NCBI GenBank assembly: GCA_963767005.1
Contig: CAVYCN010000003.1
Span: 128,001 to 192,000 of the forward strand
Length of the DNA: 64,000 nucleotides
DNA from: an uncultured Actinomycetes bacterium
GTDB lineage: Bacteria > Actinomycetota > Thermoleophilia > UBA2241
Direction: 5' to 3'
The notes beneath the pieces are model-generated. The model made no database searches. It worked only from the letters and a program-made list of their open reading frames with translations, and was not told where the DNA came from. A program made the translations under genes and the position numbers. Positions 21,024-30,521 of the stretch are shown piece after piece. Within the stretch, counting starts at the first letter, position 1. Every line of letters starts with the position of its first letter.

Positions 21024-21806
21024 CTACCTCCCCAGGACGCCTTCGGCGACCAGCGCGTTGACCAGGGCCTCGGCCTGGGCGGCCGGCTCGCCGTCGAACA
21101 GCACGTGCTTGCGGGCCTGTTCCTCGGCCAGGTTCGAGCGCACCTCGCGCAGCGGCGCGAGAGCCGCGGCGTCGAGTCCGAGGTCGGCGAGGCCGAGCTC
21201 GGCCACCGGCTTCTTGCCGGCCTTCATGATGCTCATCAGCGAGGGGATGCGCGGCTCGTTGATCTCGCTCACCACGGTGGCGGCCGCCGGCAGCGGCACC
21301 TCGAGGGTCTCGACGACGTCGCCCATGCTGCGCTCGGCGCGCAGGCAGCCGTCGGCCACGGTGACCGCGCGCGCGTAGCCGATCTGGGGCAGGCCCAGCA
21401 GCTCGGCGGTGCGCGACGGCACCTGGCCCGAGTAGCCGTCGGTCGAGCCCTCGCCGAACAGCACGAGGTCGAACGGGCCCGACTTCTCGATGGCGCGCGC
21501 CAGCACGAGCGCGACGCCGGCCTGGTCGGCCGCTTCGAGCGCCGGGTCCGAGACGATGACCGCCTCGTCGGCGCCGATCGCGAGGGCCTCCTTCATGGTC
21601 TCGCGCGCCTTGCGATCGCCCTGCGCCGCCGCGACCGCCACGATGCGACCACCGCCGGCCGCCTCGACCAGCCGCAGGGCCGCCTCGAGCGCGTTCTTCT
21701 CGAGGTCGCCCACCTTGAAGGGCACCGCCTCGAGCAGCGGCCTGCGGTCCTTGACGCGCACGAGCTGCAGGTCGGGATTGGTCTTGACGCACACCGCGAT
21801 GTCCAC
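21024..21806 (-). CDS. fixA: Electron transfer flavoprotein beta subunit (FixA)
   Basis: IAVCVK, ALEAALRL, ALAIGAD, G..STDG.SGQV, INEPRIPS. Confidence 0.93.
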   Translation of the reverse strand: MDIAVCVKTNPDLQLVRVKDRRPLLEAVPFKVGDLEKNALEAALRLVEAAGGGRIVAVAAAQGDRKARETMKEALAIGADEAVIVSDPALEAADQAGVALVLARAIEKSGPFDLVLFGEGSTDGYSGQVPSRTAELLGLPQIGYARAVTVADGCLRAERSMGDVVETLEVPLPAAATVVSEINEPRIPSLMSIMKAGKKPVAELGLADLGLDAAALAPLREVRSNLAEEQARKHVLFDGEPAAQAEALVNALVAEGVLGR

Positions 21807-21858
21807 GGCTTACGCACCTCCGCAGGTCGACGTTTGCCCAAACGACGGGACGGCCTTT

Positions 21859-21904
21859 CGTGCGGGGGCGGGGCGGGCCTTGCGGCCCGCCCCGCCCCCG
21901 CACG
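21859..21904. terminator. 21-bp perfect GC hairpin between fixX and fixA
   Basis: CGTGCGGGGGCGGGGCGGGCC-TTGC-GGCCCGCCCCGCCCCCGCACG. Confidence 0.6.
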
Positions 21905-21906
21905 CT

Positions 21907-22194
21907 CTAGCTCATGCGATACTGCACCCCGAAGCCACCCCTCGGGTAGGTCCACGACAGCGCCTGCGGCTCGCAGCAGATCAGGCAGGTGCCGCACTCG
22001 AGGCAGCCCTCCCAGTTGACGGTCATGTCGCCCTGATCGCTGCGCTCGTACAGATCGGCCGGGCACACCTGCAGGCAGGCGCGACGCACGCAGACCGTGC
22101 GGCACTTCTCGACGTCGATCACGATGTGCGGTTCCTGGTCGAGCTTGAAGACGTCGAGGCCGAGCTTGGCGTCGACCTTGCCGGGTTCGCTCAT
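21907..22194 (-). CDS. fixX: Ferredoxin-like protein FixX
   Basis: CPADLY, EGCLECGTCLICC, WTYPRGGFGV. Confidence 0.93.
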   Translation of the reverse strand: MSEPGKVDAKLGLDVFKLDQEPHIVIDVEKCRTVCVRRACLQVCPADLYERSDQGDMTVNWEGCLECGTCLICCEPQALSWTYPRGGFGVQYRMS

Positions 22195-22206
22195 GACGGC
22201 ATCACC

Positions 22207-23496
22207 TCACACCTTGCGCAGCGACCACAGGTCTTTGAGCGTCGCCAGTTTGAGGAACTCGCGGCGGGCCCCGCGCAGGCCGGTGCTCACCAGCCGCTCG
22301 CCGCCCTCGTCGCCGATCGCGAAGACGTCCTCGAGCAGACGCGCCACGGCGCCGGGGTACTCACTGAACAGTCGGCGGTTCTCGATCGCCTGCGGCACCG
22401 CGCGACCGGCCTCCATCGCGCGCATGACGAAGGTCTCGCGCAGGTAGCGGTCGTAGCAGGCGAGCGAGCTCCCCGAGAAGGAGCCAGCCGCACGCGCCGC
22501 CAGGGCCGCCTGCGCCGCCGCCCAGCCGCTCGCCACGGCGAGGTCCATGCCGCGCACGGTGACGAGGGCGTTCAGGGCAAAACCGGCCGTCTCGCCGGCC
22601 AGCAGGTAGCCGTCGCCCCAGGGCCGCGGCAGATGGTCGTAGCCACCCTCGAACACCGCGTGCGCCGAGTACTCGGCAAGCTCGCCGCCGCGCAGGAGCG
22701 GCTTGACCTGGGCCGCCTCCTTGAAGGCGTCGAGCAGCTGCCACGACTCGAGGCCGTCGGTGCGCTCGCGCAGCTGCGCCATGCTCACCACGACGCCGAG
22801 GGCGATCGACTCGCAGTTGGTGTACAGAAAACCGCCGCCGGTCATGCCGCGCGTGACCTCGCCCATGAAGAGCTGGGCCGCGCCCTCGCCCTCAGCCAAA
22901 TTCCAGCGGTCCTCGATCACGCCGGCCGGCAGCTCGATGATCTCCTTGAAGCCGACGGCGTGGTCGGCGGCGCGGGGCTGCTCGCGCAGCCCCGCGCCGC
23001 CGGACAGCAGGCCGAGCACACCCTCGGCCACGATCGTGACGTCGGCGCCGACCTCGTCGTCGCCGGCCCGGACGCCGATCACGCGGTCGCCGTCGCGCAG
23101 CAGCTCGTCGGCCTTCATGTCGGTGACGACCATCGCGCCGGCGGCCGTGACCTTGTCGGCCAGCCACTGGTCGAACCGCGCGCGCTGCACCGTGTACGAC
23201 AGCGGCGTCGGCGTGAGGAACTTCTCGGAGGCGAGCTCGATGGTCGTCGCCGCGCCGTCGGCCAGCAGCGTCACGAGCTCACGCGCGACGGGCCGCTCGT
23301 AGGGCGCGTCGTCCCAAAGCTCGGGGTAGAGGCGGCGCAGAGGCCGCACGTAGAGCCGGCCGCCGGTGACGTTCTTGGCGCCGGCGTAGTTGCCGCGCTC
23401 GAGCACCATCACCTCGACGCCCTGCGTGGCAAGCCCGTAGGCGGCGGCCAGGCCGGCCGGACCGCCGCCGACCACGATGCACTCGACCTTCTCCAT
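22207..23496 (-). CDS. fixC: FixC-like FAD-dependent ETF:quinone oxidoreductase
   Basis: VVGGGPAG, ERGNYAGAKNVTGG, GGGFLYTN, EYSAH, RGMDLA. Confidence 0.93.
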   Translation of the reverse strand: MEKVECIVVGGGPAGLAAAYGLATQGVEVMVLERGNYAGAKNVTGGRLYVRPLRRLYPELWDDAPYERPVARELVTLLADGAATTIELASEKFLTPTPLSYTVQRARFDQWLADKVTAAGAMVVTDMKADELLRDGDRVIGVRAGDDEVGADVTIVAEGVLGLLSGGAGLREQPRAADHAVGFKEIIELPAGVIEDRWNLAEGEGAAQLFMGEVTRGMTGGGFLYTNCESIALGVVVSMAQLRERTDGLESWQLLDAFKEAAQVKPLLRGGELAEYSAHAVFEGGYDHLPRPWGDGYLLAGETAGFALNALVTVRGMDLAVASGWAAAQAALAARAAGSFSGSSLACYDRYLRETFVMRAMEAGRAVPQAIENRRLFSEYPGAVARLLEDVFAIGDEGGERLVSTGLRGARREFLKLATLKDLWSLRKV

Positions 23497-23603
23497 GTCA
23501 GCCCTCCCTCAGGCGAAGCGGGCTACCGCGCCGGGGCGCCGGCGGGCGGGGCGCGCCGCACACGCGCCCGCCCGCCGTTCCGGCCGGCGACCGGACTGGC
23601 CGC

Positions 23604-23707
23604 GCCTCGCGGCGCGCCTAGTCCCGCGATCGACTTCGTCGTCGCGGCTCAGGCTAGCGTGACTTCGTCGCGCGCTCAATGCGCGCGACTCCGCGGCGCG
23701 CCTAGTC
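23604..23707 (-). repeat. Dispersed copy of the ACTAGGCGCG hairpin repeat family, overlapping the acyl-CoA dehydrogenase TAG
   Basis: Minus strand reads GGACTAGGCGCGCCGCG...GCGCGCGACGAAGTCACGCTAGCCTGAGCC...GACGAAGTCGATCGCGGGACTAGGCGCGCCGCG; matches unit and spacer at 17990-18047; 17-bp direct repeat at both ends. Confidence 0.8.
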
Positions 23708-24934
23708 CTTGAACGGGTTGTGCGTCTCGCCCCACTCGTCGCGGGCGATGATGCCGCGCATGATCATGAGGCCGCCCTCGGCGCCGACCTCGTAGCTCAT
23801 GACGCCGCGGAGCAGCATCTCGAGGGGGGTCTCCTTCGTGTAGCCGAAGGCGCCGTGGTACATCATGCCGTGCCGCGCGATGTCGTGGCAGAGGGCCGGC
23901 GACAGGCACTTGCAGGTGCTGATGATCTTGTTGATCTCGCGCCGGTCGAACGTGCCCGGATTGGCGTGCTCCTGGCCGATCATCCAGGCGCCGCGCAGCA
24001 GGTTCAGCTTGAGCATGTCGAGCTGCATCCAGTCGTCGGCCATCTCGAACGAGATGCCCTCCCACTTGCCGAGCGGCTTGCCGAAAGTGCTGCGCTGCGC
24101 GGTGTACTCGCCGCTGATCTCGAGCCCCCGCTCGGCGCCGCCCAGGCAGGCGGCCGCCACGAGCACGCGGGCGGCGTTGAAGCCGTCCATGTTCACGTAG
24201 AAGCCCTTGCCCTCTTCGCCGAGGACGTACTTGCGGGGCAGCTCGACGTCCTTGTAGATCCAGCCGCCCGTCGACAGGCCCATGCGGCCCATGTCCTTGT
24301 AGGTGGTGTAGGTGATGCCGGGCAGGTGGGCGGGCACCCAGATGAAGGTCATGCCCTTGTGGCCCTGGTTCGGGTCGGTCTTGACCAGGGTGCAGTGGCC
24401 GCTCGGCGGACCCCACTTCGCGCACTCCTTGGGGCCGGAGACGTAGGCCTTCTCGCCGTTCATGACGAAGGCCTGCTTCTCTTCGTTCCAGGGGGCGATC
24501 GTCTTGATGGCGGACAGGTCGGAGCCGCCGCCCGGCTCGGTCGTGTTGATGCCGGCGAAGGCCTTGCCGGCGGCCACGGCCGGCAGGACCTCCTGCTTGA
24601 GCTCCTCGGTGCCGTAGCGGTTGATCATGTACGACCAGCCGATGGTGAGCAGCGTGTAGACCGGGGTGCTCATCGACAGGTCGGCGCGGGCGATCTCGTG
24701 CACCGTGATCATCGCGTAGATCAGGCGCTCGTCGTCGGGCAGCGGCATGCCGCCGTACTCCTCGGGAATCGTCACACCGAAGATGCCGAGCTCGGCCATG
24801 CCGGCCGTGATGTCGTCGGGGATGCCGTCCTCGGCCTCGTCGATCGCGCGGGCGCGCGGCTCGAGGTTCTTGGCCAGCCACTCGCGGATGGCCTGGCGGT
24901 AGAGGTTCTGCTCGGTCGTGTACCTGAAGTCCAT
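23702..24934 (-). CDS. Acyl-CoA dehydrogenase
   Basis: TEPGGGSDL, MNGEKAYVS, LGEEGKGF, RSTFGKPL, HGAFGY; SD GAGGAG before the ATG. Confidence 0.93.
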   Translation of the reverse strand: MDFRYTTEQNLYRQAIREWLAKNLEPRARAIDEAEDGIPDDITAGMAELGIFGVTIPEEYGGMPLPDDERLIYAMITVHEIARADLSMSTPVYTLLTIGWSYMINRYGTEELKQEVLPAVAAGKAFAGINTTEPGGGSDLSAIKTIAPWNEEKQAFVMNGEKAYVSGPKECAKWGPPSGHCTLVKTDPNQGHKGMTFIWVPAHLPGITYTTYKDMGRMGLSTGGWIYKDVELPRKYVLGEEGKGFYVNMDGFNAARVLVAAACLGGAERGLEISGEYTAQRSTFGKPLGKWEGISFEMADDWMQLDMLKLNLLRGAWMIGQEHANPGTFDRREINKIISTCKCLSPALCHDIARHGMMYHGAFGYTKETPLEMLLRGVMSYEVGAEGGLMIMRGIIARDEWGETHNPFKD

Positions 24935-25178
24935 CGGCTCCTCCTCGTGCGACCGCCGGCCGGCCGCGTCGTCGCTTGTCCCCTCGCGTACCGGCGTCTC
25001 CCTCAAGAACGAGAAACGCCCCCAGGGGTGCGCCTGTGGCGCGCTCGCTGGGGGCTCATGGCCGTGGCGACCGCGGCCGAAGGACCGCCGTCGAGCCATG
25101 CGTGCAGCTCGCGCCAATCATATAGGGGCCGCTCCGGCCGCGACAACCGGCCAGGCCGTCCAAGCCTGCGTCCGACGC

Positions 25179-25520
25179 TTATGCGTCGCGGCCCTTGGCG
25201 CGAAACGGCGCCGACAGGTCGACCGCCTCGAACACCTGGTGCAGGGCGAACAGCAGCGCGGCCTGCGAGTGGCCCAGGTAGAACTCGCGCACCGTGGCCT
25301 CGATCTCGCGGCGCTCGCAGACCACGGAGCGGCCGATCAGCAGGCGCGCGAAGAAGTCGCGGGCGAGGTCCATGAGCAGGGTGCTCGAGCAGGCGGTGAC
25401 GACGCCCTGCTCGTCGACCTCGACCACGATGCCGACGCGACGGTGGAGGTTCTGGTGCGACACGTCCTGCGGCAGGCGGGCGTAGCCCGAGAAGAGGTAG
25501 CTCTTCACGTCGTTCGTCAC
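25179..25520 (-). CDS. DUF3870-like small protein
   Basis: FSGYARLP, CSSTL..LARDFF, Y.G.SQ.A pattern resembles DUF3870. Confidence 0.65.
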   Translation of the reverse strand: MTNDVKSYLFSGYARLPQDVSHQNLHRRVGIVVEVDEQGVVTACSSTLLMDLARDFFARLLIGRSVVCERREIEATVREFYLGHSQAALLFALHQVFEAVDLSAPFRAKGRDA

Positions 25521-25825
25521 CTCCGGCGACGGCCTCGTTTCGGTCGCGACGCCGACAGTCTACCGCGTCGCGTCACCCATCGGGCCAGTACTGCGCGCGC
25601 GGCTTGGCAGGGCCGTCCGCTGATGCGGCCTTGCGCCGCCGGGGCGAGGCGGTAGGATGACGGCGCTGCATCCGCGACCTGCGACCGTCCGACAGCCGGT
25701 CGCGCCGGCCGTGGGCCCCCAGCAGGTGCGTACGGCCGCCTGGGGGCTTTTCGCGTTCGGAGGCCGTTCCCGCGCCTTCACAAGGGCAAGCTCAAGCGGC
25801 AGGCGACACGACAAGGAGGGCGGTC

Positions 25826-26818
25826 GTGACCCCATCGTCCGGCGCCGGCGGCGCTCCGACCGGGGCCAGGTTCATGAGCCTCGGCGAGGCCGTCGCGCGC
25901 TTCGTGCCCGACGGCGCGGTGGTCGCCCTCGGCGGTTTTACCATCAACCGCAACCCGATGGCCTTCGTCTACGAGATGGCGCGCCGCGGCGTGCGCGACC
26001 TGCACCTCGTGGCGCACTCCAACGGCCAGGCGCTCGACACGCTCGTCGGCTGCGGCTGCGTGAGCCGCATCGAGGTCGCCTACGGCGGCAACGGCCGCTT
26101 CGCCCCCACCTGCGTGCGCTTCCGCCGCGCGGTCGAGCGCGGCGAAGTCGCGGTCGAGGACTACTCGAACTACCAGATGGCCCTGCGTTTTCTGGCCGGC
26201 GCTCTCAACGTGCCGTTCATCCCGACCAAGTCGGGGCTGCACACCGACCTCGTCGCGCGCCAGGGCTTCGGCGCCGACTACCGGGCGGCCCAGGGCCTGC
26301 CCGACAAGAAGCTCGTCGTCATGCCCGACCCCTTCGACGGCGACGGCGACGACGTCGTCCTGCTGCCGGCGCTCAAGCCCGACCTCGCCGTCGTCCACGC
26401 CCAGACCGTGGCCGACGACGGCACGGTGCGCATCAAGGGGCTCACCTTCGCCGATCTCGAGCAGGCCAAGGCGGCCCGCGCCGTGGTCGTCACCTGCGAG
26501 GAGATCGTGCCGGCCGCCGACCTGCGGCTCGACCCCGACCAGAACGCCCTGCCGCCGTTCCTGGTCGATGCCGTCGTGCTCGCGCCCCACGGCGCCCACC
26601 CGACCGCCTGCCGCTACTTCTACGACTACGACCCGACGTTCCTGAACGACTACCGCCGGGCCGCCCACGACGACGACGCCTGGGCGGCCTTCGTCGACGA
26701 GTGGATCCGCGGCCCCGCCGGCCACGAGGCCTACGTAGCCAAGCTGGGCGCCGAGCGCCTGGCGAAGATCAAGGCCGACCCGATGCGCGGCTACGCCATC
26801 GGGCTGGACAGGCGGTGA
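25826..26818 (+). CDS. Family I CoA-transferase subunit A (glutaconate CoA-transferase GctA-like)
   Basis: GGFTINRNPMA, EDYSN, LPALKPD, HAQ..D..G, GAHPT.C..YDYD. Confidence 0.9.
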   Translation: MTPSSGAGGAPTGARFMSLGEAVARFVPDGAVVALGGFTINRNPMAFVYEMARRGVRDLHLVAHSNGQALDTLVGCGCVSRIEVAYGGNGRFAPTCVRFRRAVERGEVAVEDYSNYQMALRFLAGALNVPFIPTKSGLHTDLVARQGFGADYRAAQGLPDKKLVVMPDPFDGDGDDVVLLPALKPDLAVVHAQTVADDGTVRIKGLTFADLEQAKAARAVVVTCEEIVPAADLRLDPDQNALPPFLVDAVVLAPHGAHPTACRYFYDYDPTFLNDYRRAAHDDDAWAAFVDEWIRGPAGHEAYVAKLGAERLAKIKADPMRGYAIGLDRR

Positions 26819-26822
26819 GACG

Positions 26823-27620
26823 ATGAGCGCGAGCCACCCGAGCACGCAGGCAACGGGCATCCCGCCCTTCACCTCGCGCGAGATGATGGCGATCGCGGCC
26901 GGCCGTTTCGTGCGCGACGGCGACATCCTGTTCGCCGGCACCGGTGTGGCGCTGCTGGCCGCCGGCTGCGCCAAGCGCGTGCACGCGCCCGGCGCCGTGG
27001 TGTTCGTCGAGACCGGCGGCATCGACCCCACGCTCGACGAGATCCCCATGGCGGTCGCCGACCCGCGCGTCATGGACGGCACCTGCATCAACGCCGGCAT
27101 CATCGAAGCCTTCTCGTACATCGCCAACCCGCGGCTGCACACGATCGCCTTTTTGGGCGCCGCCCAGATCGACCGCTACGGCAACCTGAACTCGACCTGT
27201 ATCGGCGACTACGACCACCCCACGGTGCGCTTCTCGGGCAGCGGCGGCGCCTGCGACGCCGCCTCGCTGGCCTCGGCCTTCATCGTGTTCATGCAGCACG
27301 GCCGGCGCAAGTTCGTGGAGCGCCTCGACTACCGCACGAGCCCCGGCTGGCTCGAGGGCGGCGAGCGGCGCCACGAGGCCGGCTTCGCCCGCGGCGGTCC
27401 GCTCGCGGTGGTCACCGACCTCTGCGTGCTGCGCTTCGACGAGACGACCCACGAGATGTACCTGGCCGAGCGCTACCCCGGCGTGACCGACGAGCAGGTC
27501 CAGGACAACACGGGCTTCCCCCTCGACGTGTCGCGCGCGGTCGACGCCGTGCCGCCGAGCGCCGAGGAGCTGCGCATATTGCGCGACGAGGTCGACCCGC
27601 AGCGCCTGATCCTGGGGTAG
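26823..27620 (+). CDS. Family I CoA-transferase subunit B (GctB-like)
   Basis: FAGTG, ETGG, FLGAAQIDRYGNLNST, GSGGACD, V..NTGFPL. Confidence 0.9.
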   Translation: MSASHPSTQATGIPPFTSREMMAIAAGRFVRDGDILFAGTGVALLAAGCAKRVHAPGAVVFVETGGIDPTLDEIPMAVADPRVMDGTCINAGIIEAFSYIANPRLHTIAFLGAAQIDRYGNLNSTCIGDYDHPTVRFSGSGGACDAASLASAFIVFMQHGRRKFVERLDYRTSPGWLEGGERRHEAGFARGGPLAVVTDLCVLRFDETTHEMYLAERYPGVTDEQVQDNTGFPLDVSRAVDAVPPSAEELRILRDEVDPQRLILG

Positions 27621-27722
27621 AGGTCCTCGGCTCAGCCTCGGGTTCCCACCCCCTGCTCTTGGCAAAGGCATCCCGAAGCATCGCCGATGCGCCCGACCCG
27701 TATACAGCGCCGGCAACACCCA

Positions 27723-28058
27723 TCAGTGCAGGAGGCTCGGCAGCACGAAGAAGCCGAGAAGAAACGTGACGGAAGCGGAGAGAACGACCACGCCCGCCAG
27801 GAGGGCGACTGCGCCCGCGATGAGTGGACCTCGCCGTCCAGCCGCTCGTCTCAGGATGGCGGCGGCCACGAGCAATCCGGCGGCCTGCATGGCAAATGCC
27901 GTGGCGAACGCCAGATACCCGGGGACCAATCGGCCGACCGGATAGGCCCAAAGCCCGACGAAAGCCGGGAGGCTCAGTAGCGAGCATGCCAGGCTGACCG
28001 CACATGCCCGTCCGACCGCTTGCGGGCGCGGCGCTGCGACAGGCATCGCACCCCTCAA
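27723..28058 (-). CDS. Hypothetical small membrane protein
   Basis: Three hydrophobic stretches; no recognisable family; start uncertain. Confidence 0.35.
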   Translation of the reverse strand: MRGAMPVAAPRPQAVGRACAVSLACSLLSLPAFVGLWAYPVGRLVPGYLAFATAFAMQAAGLLVAAAILRRAAGRRGPLIAGAVALLAGVVVLSASVTFLLGFFVLPSLLH

Positions 28059-28129
28059 GCTTCAGCCCTTCCTTGGAGCAGCCGGCGGCGAGTTCGAGGC
28101 GGCCGAGCCCATGTAGGCCGTCGCCACGG

Positions 28130-28861
28130 TCAGACTGGCCCCGGCGGCCCGCCCGGGTCGACGCCGGCCCGCCGAAAGGCGCGGTCGCGCAGCTCGCGCA
28201 CCACGCCCTCCCAGTAGTCGAACACGGCGTCGACGTCGAAATCGGGGTCGGCCGCGATCTGCTCGGCGAGGCCGTCGCAGACTGCGACGGTGATCGCGCA
28301 CAGCGGGTCGAGCTCGCGCTTGAGACGAGCGTCGACGTCGGGCGCGAGCGCCCACTCGTCGAGATCGCGGTACCAGCGGTACAGCTCAGCCATGCGCGTG
28401 CGCAGCTCGTCGTCGCGGATGAGCTGCGGGAACAGGTCCCAGAAACGCCGGTAGCCCACCTGCGCCTTGGTGCTGTGGCGATGCATGGCGAGCAGCATCT
28501 CGACGCGGTCGGCGCCGGCCACCTCGGGCTGGCGCAGCGCCCGCAGCAGCGCCATGTTGTCGTCGTGCACGACCGAGTCGGCAAGCGCCTCGACCAGGCC
28601 GGCCTTGTTGCCGAAGTGGTAGCGGATGCTCGCCTTGTTCTCGTGCGCCTCGGCGGCGATCGCCTCGAAGGTGAGGCCGCCGAAGCCGCGCTCGTCGAGC
28701 AGGCGCTTGCTGGCTTCGAGGATGCGCTGCGCGGTGGGCGACAGGTCGGCGGCCGGGTCGGCGCCGGCCGCCGGCCGGCCGCCCACCTCCCAGCGCCGCT
28801 TCGGCGGCGTCGCTCCGCTGTCGTCGGGCCGCCCAGCGGCGGCCTTGCGCTCCCGCGCCAT
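28130..28861 (-). CDS. TetR family regulator divergent from the methylamine methyltransferase operon
   Basis: RILEASKRLL..GFGGLTFEAIAAEAHENKASIRYHFGNKAGL HTH; GGAG SD before ATG 28861. Confidence 0.88.
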   Translation of the reverse strand: MARERKAAAGRPDDSGATPPKRRWEVGGRPAAGADPAADLSPTAQRILEASKRLLDERGFGGLTFEAIAAEAHENKASIRYHFGNKAGLVEALADSVVHDDNMALLRALRQPEVAGADRVEMLLAMHRHSTKAQVGYRRFWDLFPQLIRDDELRTRMAELYRWYRDLDEWALAPDVDARLKRELDPLCAITVAVCDGLAEQIAADPDFDVDAVFDYWEGVVRELRDRAFRRAGVDPGGPPGPV

Positions 28862-28966
28862 CTCCAGCCTCCCGGTCAGTGCCGCAGTATACGACAGCGC
28901 GACGCCACGCACGCCGGCCCCGGCGGTGCGACCGGCGCGGGCCGTGTGCGCGGCGCCGCACCGTGC

Positions 28967-29023
28967 TTGACAGGCCGAACCGTCGCGGGCGAGACTACCA
29001 CAAGTCATTCATCCGACTGACTT
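28967..29023 (+). promoter_or_regulatory. Sigma70-type promoter with downstream palindromic operator for the mtbB operon
   Basis: TTGACA (28967-72), 18 nt, GAGACT (28991-96); palindrome AAGTCAttc-atcc-gacTGACTT at 29002-29023. Confidence 0.65.
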
Positions 29024-29081
29024 AAAGGGCTCGCGCGGCGCGCTGCGCGGGAGCTCTGACGACACCGGCCGGGAGGGGCAG

Positions 29082-30521
29082 ATGGAGCAGAGCATCATCA
29101 CGCGACTGGCCGACGGATCGCTCGTGCGCATGACGCCGAGCGAGATCCACGCCGACCTCGAAGAGGGCAGCGCCGCCGGCGCCAAGAAGGCCAAGGCACC
29201 CCCGCTCGAACCCGACGAGCTCGACCGCCTGCTCGAGATCTTCGCCTCGAACGCCCACTTCACGGCGGTCGACATCGGCGACGAGCTCATCCTGTCGTGC
29301 GACGGCTCGGGCAACATGGACTCCGGCACGCGCATCGACGAGCTCTACAGCTACCAGAGCCACCGCGGCGCCGACATCGTCGAGCTGTACCACATCGACT
29401 ACTCGTACAAGGCCGTCAAGACGGTCATGTCGTTCGAGCAGCAGGTGATGAAGAACGCCCAGCTCAACCTGGTGGCGCCGCTGCAGTACGGGGCGATGCC
29501 CGACCTGGGCCGCTACTCGCAGCCCGACGGGCCCATTCCCAACTGGTCGGAGCTGCTGCCCCTGGGGCGCATCGACGAAGCGCGCGCCGCCCAGGAGGAG
29601 GCAGTCGAGCACGCCGTACGCGACATGGTCTTCGTCGCCGAGGGCATGATCGAGGCCGGCGCCGACGGCATGGACTTCGACACCTCGGGCGCCGCCGGCG
29701 ACGCCGACTTCCTCGCCACGCTGCTCGCCGTCGAGGAGATCAGGCGGCGCCATCCCGATATCGGCATCGAGCTCGGCATGGCGAGCGAGTTCGTGCTCGG
29801 CATGCACGGCGAGCTCGAGTTCCACGGCAAGCGCCTCGCCGGCCTGTGGCCGCGCGACCAGGTCGCCGTGGCGGCCGAGGCGGGCGCGACCATGTTCGGG
29901 CCGGCGGTCAACGTCAACACGACACGCTCCGTGGCCTGGAACGTGGCGCGCGCCCTGGCGATCGTCAAGCCCTGCGTGCAGGAGTCGCCCATCCCGGTGC
30001 ACATGAACGCCGGCATGGGCGTGGGCGGCGTGCCGATGACCGCATACCCGCCGACCGACGCCGTGTCGCGCATGGCGCGCGCGATGCGCGAGGTCGGCCG
30101 CCTGGACGGCTTATAGGTGGGTGTGGGTGACCCGCTCGGCATGGCGTGCAGCCATGCGCTCGCCGCGGGCATGGGCGGAATGCGGACCGCCGGAGACCTG
30201 GTGGCCCGCATGCAGATGACCCGCGGCATGCGACTCGAGCAGGCCAAGACCTACGTCGCCGAACGGCTCGGCGTGAGCGTCCTCGACCTCTGCGACCCGC
30301 TCGTCATGCACGACGTGCGGCGCGAGCTCGGCCTGGGGCTGATCCCCGTGCAGGAGCTCACCTACCCGAGCGAGCCCGGCTCGATCGAGGCCAAGTTCCA
30401 CATCGCCGAGGTGCTCGACGTGCCCATCAACTGCGTGCGGCAGTTCAAGAATCGCGTCGCCCCGCGCTCGCGCGCGCGGCAGGTCGGCGCGACGGCGACC
30501 AGACCGGAGGTGCCCGCGTGA
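29082..30521 (+). CDS. mtbB: Dimethylamine:corrinoid methyltransferase with in-frame amber (pyrrolysine) codon at 30114-30116
   Basis: ORFs 29082-30116 and 30117-30521 are contiguous in one frame: RLDGL-TAG-VGVGDPLGM..SH...GMGGMRTAGDLVARMQ, matching methanogen MtbB DGI-O-IGVGDPLGM...GMRAAGDLVARMQ; HIDYSYK, YGAMP, GMGVGGVPM also present. Confidence 0.93.
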
